Assembly (NCBI RefSeq): GCF_001194135.2
Contig: NC_068984.1
Location: 31,774,776 to 31,838,775, forward strand
Reading direction: 5' to 3'
Source of the DNA: Octopus bimaculoides
Lineage: Eukaryota
Length of the DNA: 64,000 bases
A program made the translations under genes and the position numbers. Every line of letters starts with the position of its first letter. Within the stretch, counting starts at the first letter, position 1. Below the pieces are notes generated by a model, which was not told where the DNA came from, did not search any database, and saw nothing but the letters and a program-made list of their open reading frames with translations. This document shows positions 60,381-64,000 of this stretch, piece by piece.

Positions 60381-63096
60381 GTTGTTGATTTTCTTTGAAT
60401 TTTTTAATCTAACTATGGAAAGGCTTTTGATAAATGCAGACATCACAGTGAAATACCAGTTTGAGTTGACATGGAGGTTAAACAGTTACACATAGCTTAT
60501 GATATTTTTGCAAGTTATTCTTAAATTATAGGCAGGTTTTCTTCTTATGCATACAAAGTTTGGCTGTGATTAGAGATATGAAAATACTGACAGAGTTGTT
60601 TTTGAAACAGATGTTTAATTGTTGAAATTTCTTCCTATTTTATAATGATCAAAAATGAAAACCTCACAGAAAATCAGCAAAGCCGTTCTAATTGGGAATT
60701 GAATCTAAGTACTAATTCTTAGACTAAATTAAATTTCAAGAAATTATCAGCACACAAAAACAAGTTATCATATGCTGTACATCCTCTTCACTTACAAGAA
60801 ATCATTCAATATAAGAAACAAAGTTCACATTCGTTGCCAGTTTTGGTTATTGTTGCAATTCTATCTTAACCCGATTTATTTATGGTGGTTCCAATCCAAA
60901 ATCGTTTTGGAAGAATCACAATACAATATTGTTTTCGAAAGGCTACAGACTGCAAACGAGAATTGGCAATTGGCTAATAAGTTAAGAATTGCACTGATGT
61001 CATTATTGACAGGTAAACGGCATGATCTTTTATACTGGCAAACTACCTCTCTATAGCTATGTATAAATTCTATTACAATATCAGGACAATGTCAATTATT
61101 CTCTTCACTCAGCTAAGTTGATGCTGTTTGGCAAATGTAACACTCCGTCAATTAGTGTGTGATTCATATGTAAGAGATGGTCATAAAACAGCGTCAATTA
61201 AATAAGAATTGGAGGCTCGTTAAACAAGGGAATGGTATTTAAGCTATTTATAATCTTCCAAATTGAGTAGGCTACACTTTCTTTGTGAGAATCTTTAACA
61301 GGATTGTATTACTTTGTAGAACAGCACAACAAAAATAATTCTGACGTTCTCTTTTAGAAGGTGTGTGAGTCTATGCATTATATATTGTCCCCATAACCAC
61401 CTACACCACAACCACCCCCAACAACAACACCAACATCACCACCATTCCTCCCCACCATCACTACAATGAGCACTTCTTACGATACCACCACTACTGCCAT
61501 CACCTTACTATCACAGTTATGATAATTATGATGACTGCCACCACTACCACTACCACCACCATAGAACATATGTTAGTCTCCTACAAACTTTCTTCATGTT
61601 TGTATTGGTATTTTCTCAGTATCATGCAAATATGCATTTTTGTGAGTCAAACTGACAGTGTTCAAATATATCTGCTTCATTGTTTTCTGTCTGATGAGTT
61701 TTCATTTGTGTTTGTTTTAATTTATGTGCATTCAACAATTAATGCCCTGTTTTTATTTAGAGCAAATGCATCTTGCAAGTACTTCTAGTTGCCCCTCTAC
61801 AAGAGCTAGCAATATCAGATACGTTATGAACTGAGACAATTTTTACTTAAAGTAGAATAATGTCTATCTTAGCTATTGGGATTAAATGTCCAAATATTTC
61901 GAAGTTGTCTGCTTGAAAAATAATCCAAAAGCGAATCTGTCCACCCTGTTAAACTTGGTAATAATTCAATTTCCTCAGAGCTATCTCAAGTGAAATCCAT
62001 GTGCTCTGCAGCATAACTGTAAACAACAACATCATCATCAACAAGAATAATGGCGTCTAACAAACTCACTAGAACACAGATTTGGGGAAATGGTGTAATC
62101 GATTGAACTGATATTGTACATGACAGATATTAACTTTTAATGACCCCACCACCCTAGAGAAAGGGCGAAAAACAATATCGACAGTGAAATTTGAAGAGAG
62201 AACAAGACGTGATGCAACTAAATATCACAGGGCATGCTATAACTGTTTATAAAGCTGATAATATAATATCAAGTCTCCCCTAAGACTAAACAACAGCAGT
62301 AAATGGTAATTGTTTTTGCAGTAATGTAAGTTAAATTCAACTTGAGAAGGGTTACAAGCTATAGAAACAGAACAACTAAACTGGTAGCAATTCACACTAC
62401 CAGTTCAAATGAAAACTATAACAATTTCTATCTAACAAGGACATATGGTCTCAAATTTGTGGAGTGGGAGCAGTTGATAATACTGCTCGCAGTACTTGAT
62501 AGATGTTTTAGTGTATAGAACCCTGAGAAAGGAAAGGCAAAGTTAACCTTTACAGAGTTCAAATTAAGAAGGCAAAACATGCCACAAGTTCAATGAAGTA
62601 ACAGTTCTGTTATCCCACCTTCCAAAACTGTTTTGATATTGCAGCCCATATTCTACAGAAGACACTTTCTGTTCAATAGCACAATAACTAAGATAGTAAA
62701 CTCTATGCATACAGAACATACAACAAGATGACACAATTTTACACAAGATTACACAACTTGCATAAATCTCAATGTAAAATAATTCATATTCAATCCACCC
62801 GCCTATCAATAAAATATGAAATAGTGTAATAAATACTATTGTATAATTTATATGCAACACTTGATCATCTTGGATATCTCTCAATATTGCATGTAATACT
62901 TTGGAAGCAGCTGTGCATCATTAACCACCTAGAGGAGATGTCCTCTTGGGGTTAAAAAATCACAGTAAAGTCTGTTCGAATGGACAACCATGTTGAAGTG
63001 GCTACAAACATTACTTGTTAATACAACTACTGCATTGATCTCTTAGAGGGATTCTAGAAGTAACATTTTTGCTTATATATATATATAATATAAATG

Positions 63097-63128
<32 letters not shown>

Positions 63129-63193
63129 AAATATATATACATATACATATATANNNNNNNNNNATATATATATATATAAATATATATACATAT

Positions 63194-63251
<58 letters not shown>

Positions 63252-63502
63252 ATATGCATATATGGGTACAGGACATCTCCAACTGTAAACAACATAAGGT
63301 ATGAAAACAAGTGAGTTAAATATGTAAACAACAAGAGAGAAAAAAATCAAAAACAGGACAAGTAACACAAAAAACGACCCTTCATCAGTTCTCGGCTGTC
63401 TATCTACTTCTCATTTCGAGCATTCAACGACAATATGAGTCTTCAAAGACAGTTGCTCCCATAAATTTCAAAATAAATTTTGGATTTTATTGAGGGCCAA
63501 AG

Positions 63503-63844
63503 TTGAGAACAAATGGTGACAGTGGAGATACACAAGAAACCAAATTAAATCAAGTTAAACAAAATTTCACATTAGCTCTTTGTGCCATCTTCCTGTCCAT
63601 GACAAAAATCACAGACTACAGTATACACATGATCACAAAAACACAAATTTATATATATATCAACGCAGCAGCTGAGCAAGAGTCTTTTTTGTGCATGGCG
63701 CAAAAGATTATGCAGCAGCTGACGTGGCTACGCCAAGCACAGACGAGGAACCTTGCCCCCCAGTGCGCAACACCACCACAGCCAACAGACATGGGATGGC
63801 CTCCCCTAACGCCCGCACAGGCATCACCCCAATATTTTTACTAA
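63503..63844 (+). CDS. Probable C-terminal remnant of LINE ORF1
   Basis: Pro/Gln-rich ORF ending ...DMGWPPLTPAQASPQYFY, overlapping the start of the endonuclease ORF. Confidence 0.35.
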   Translation: MRTNGDSGDTQETKLNQVKQNFTLALCAIFLSMTKITDYSIHMITKTQIYIYINAAAEQESFLCMAQKIMQQLTWLRQAQTRNLAPQCATPPQPTDMGWPPLTPAQASPQYFY

Positions 63845-64000
63845 ATATTGGGGGCCTGTTGCATAATAATAATAAAAGCAAAATTTCTTTCCTGAGAGAC
63901 CTTGCTGCATGCAATCAAGCCCTATGCATAGCACTCGTGGAAACTCACCTCAGCCCTGATATAGAGGATGCAGAAGTACACGTACCAAAATATGTCATAC
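63796..64000 (+). mobile_element. LINE ORF2 N-terminus: AP-endonuclease (CR1/L2/Jockey group), runs off the window
   Basis: Stop-free MASPNARTGITPIFLLNIGGLLHNNNKSKISFLRDLAACNQALCIALVETHLSPDIEDAEVHVPKYVI, containing the APE motifs N-I-x-G and ETH. Confidence 0.85.

Noticed and set aside
63375-63430. CTGATGAAGGG on the minus strand as a PLE-type hammerhead
   Set aside because: No downstream GAAA, and the upstream GAAA gives no compatible stem II or III.

Overview
This is eukaryotic, AT-rich DNA, dense in microsatellites and transposon remnants. The assembly N-gaps mostly sit at (AT)n tracts. The SINE and RTE families look like those I associate with octopus (coleoid cephalopod) genomes; that is inference from repeat motifs, not verified. 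No host gene could be named, and there are no prokaryotic features, CRISPR arrays or intact tRNA/rRNA genes. DNA transposons: a full-length dead mariner with both TIRs, TA ends and a D,D34D motif (8455-9740), a second decayed mariner, a Tc1 fragment, and mariner, Tc1 and piggyBac MITEs. Retroelements: three Penelope-like (GIY-YIG) remnants, three R4/Dong-like RLE LINE fragments ending in (TAA)n, several RTE LINE copies with (GAT)n tails, a putative solo LTR, about a dozen tRNA-derived SINEs, and the start of an APE-type LINE at the right edge. The most unusual items are a C4HC3 PHD-like finger inside the RTE reverse transcriptase, a 1.7-kb foldback element with ~550-bp inverted arms, a nested retroelement cluster around (TAA)n tracts, a CCAAT/E-box promoter-like site with divergent short ORFs, and a few unassigned exon candidates. 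I did not find convincing evidence of a wholly new biological system.
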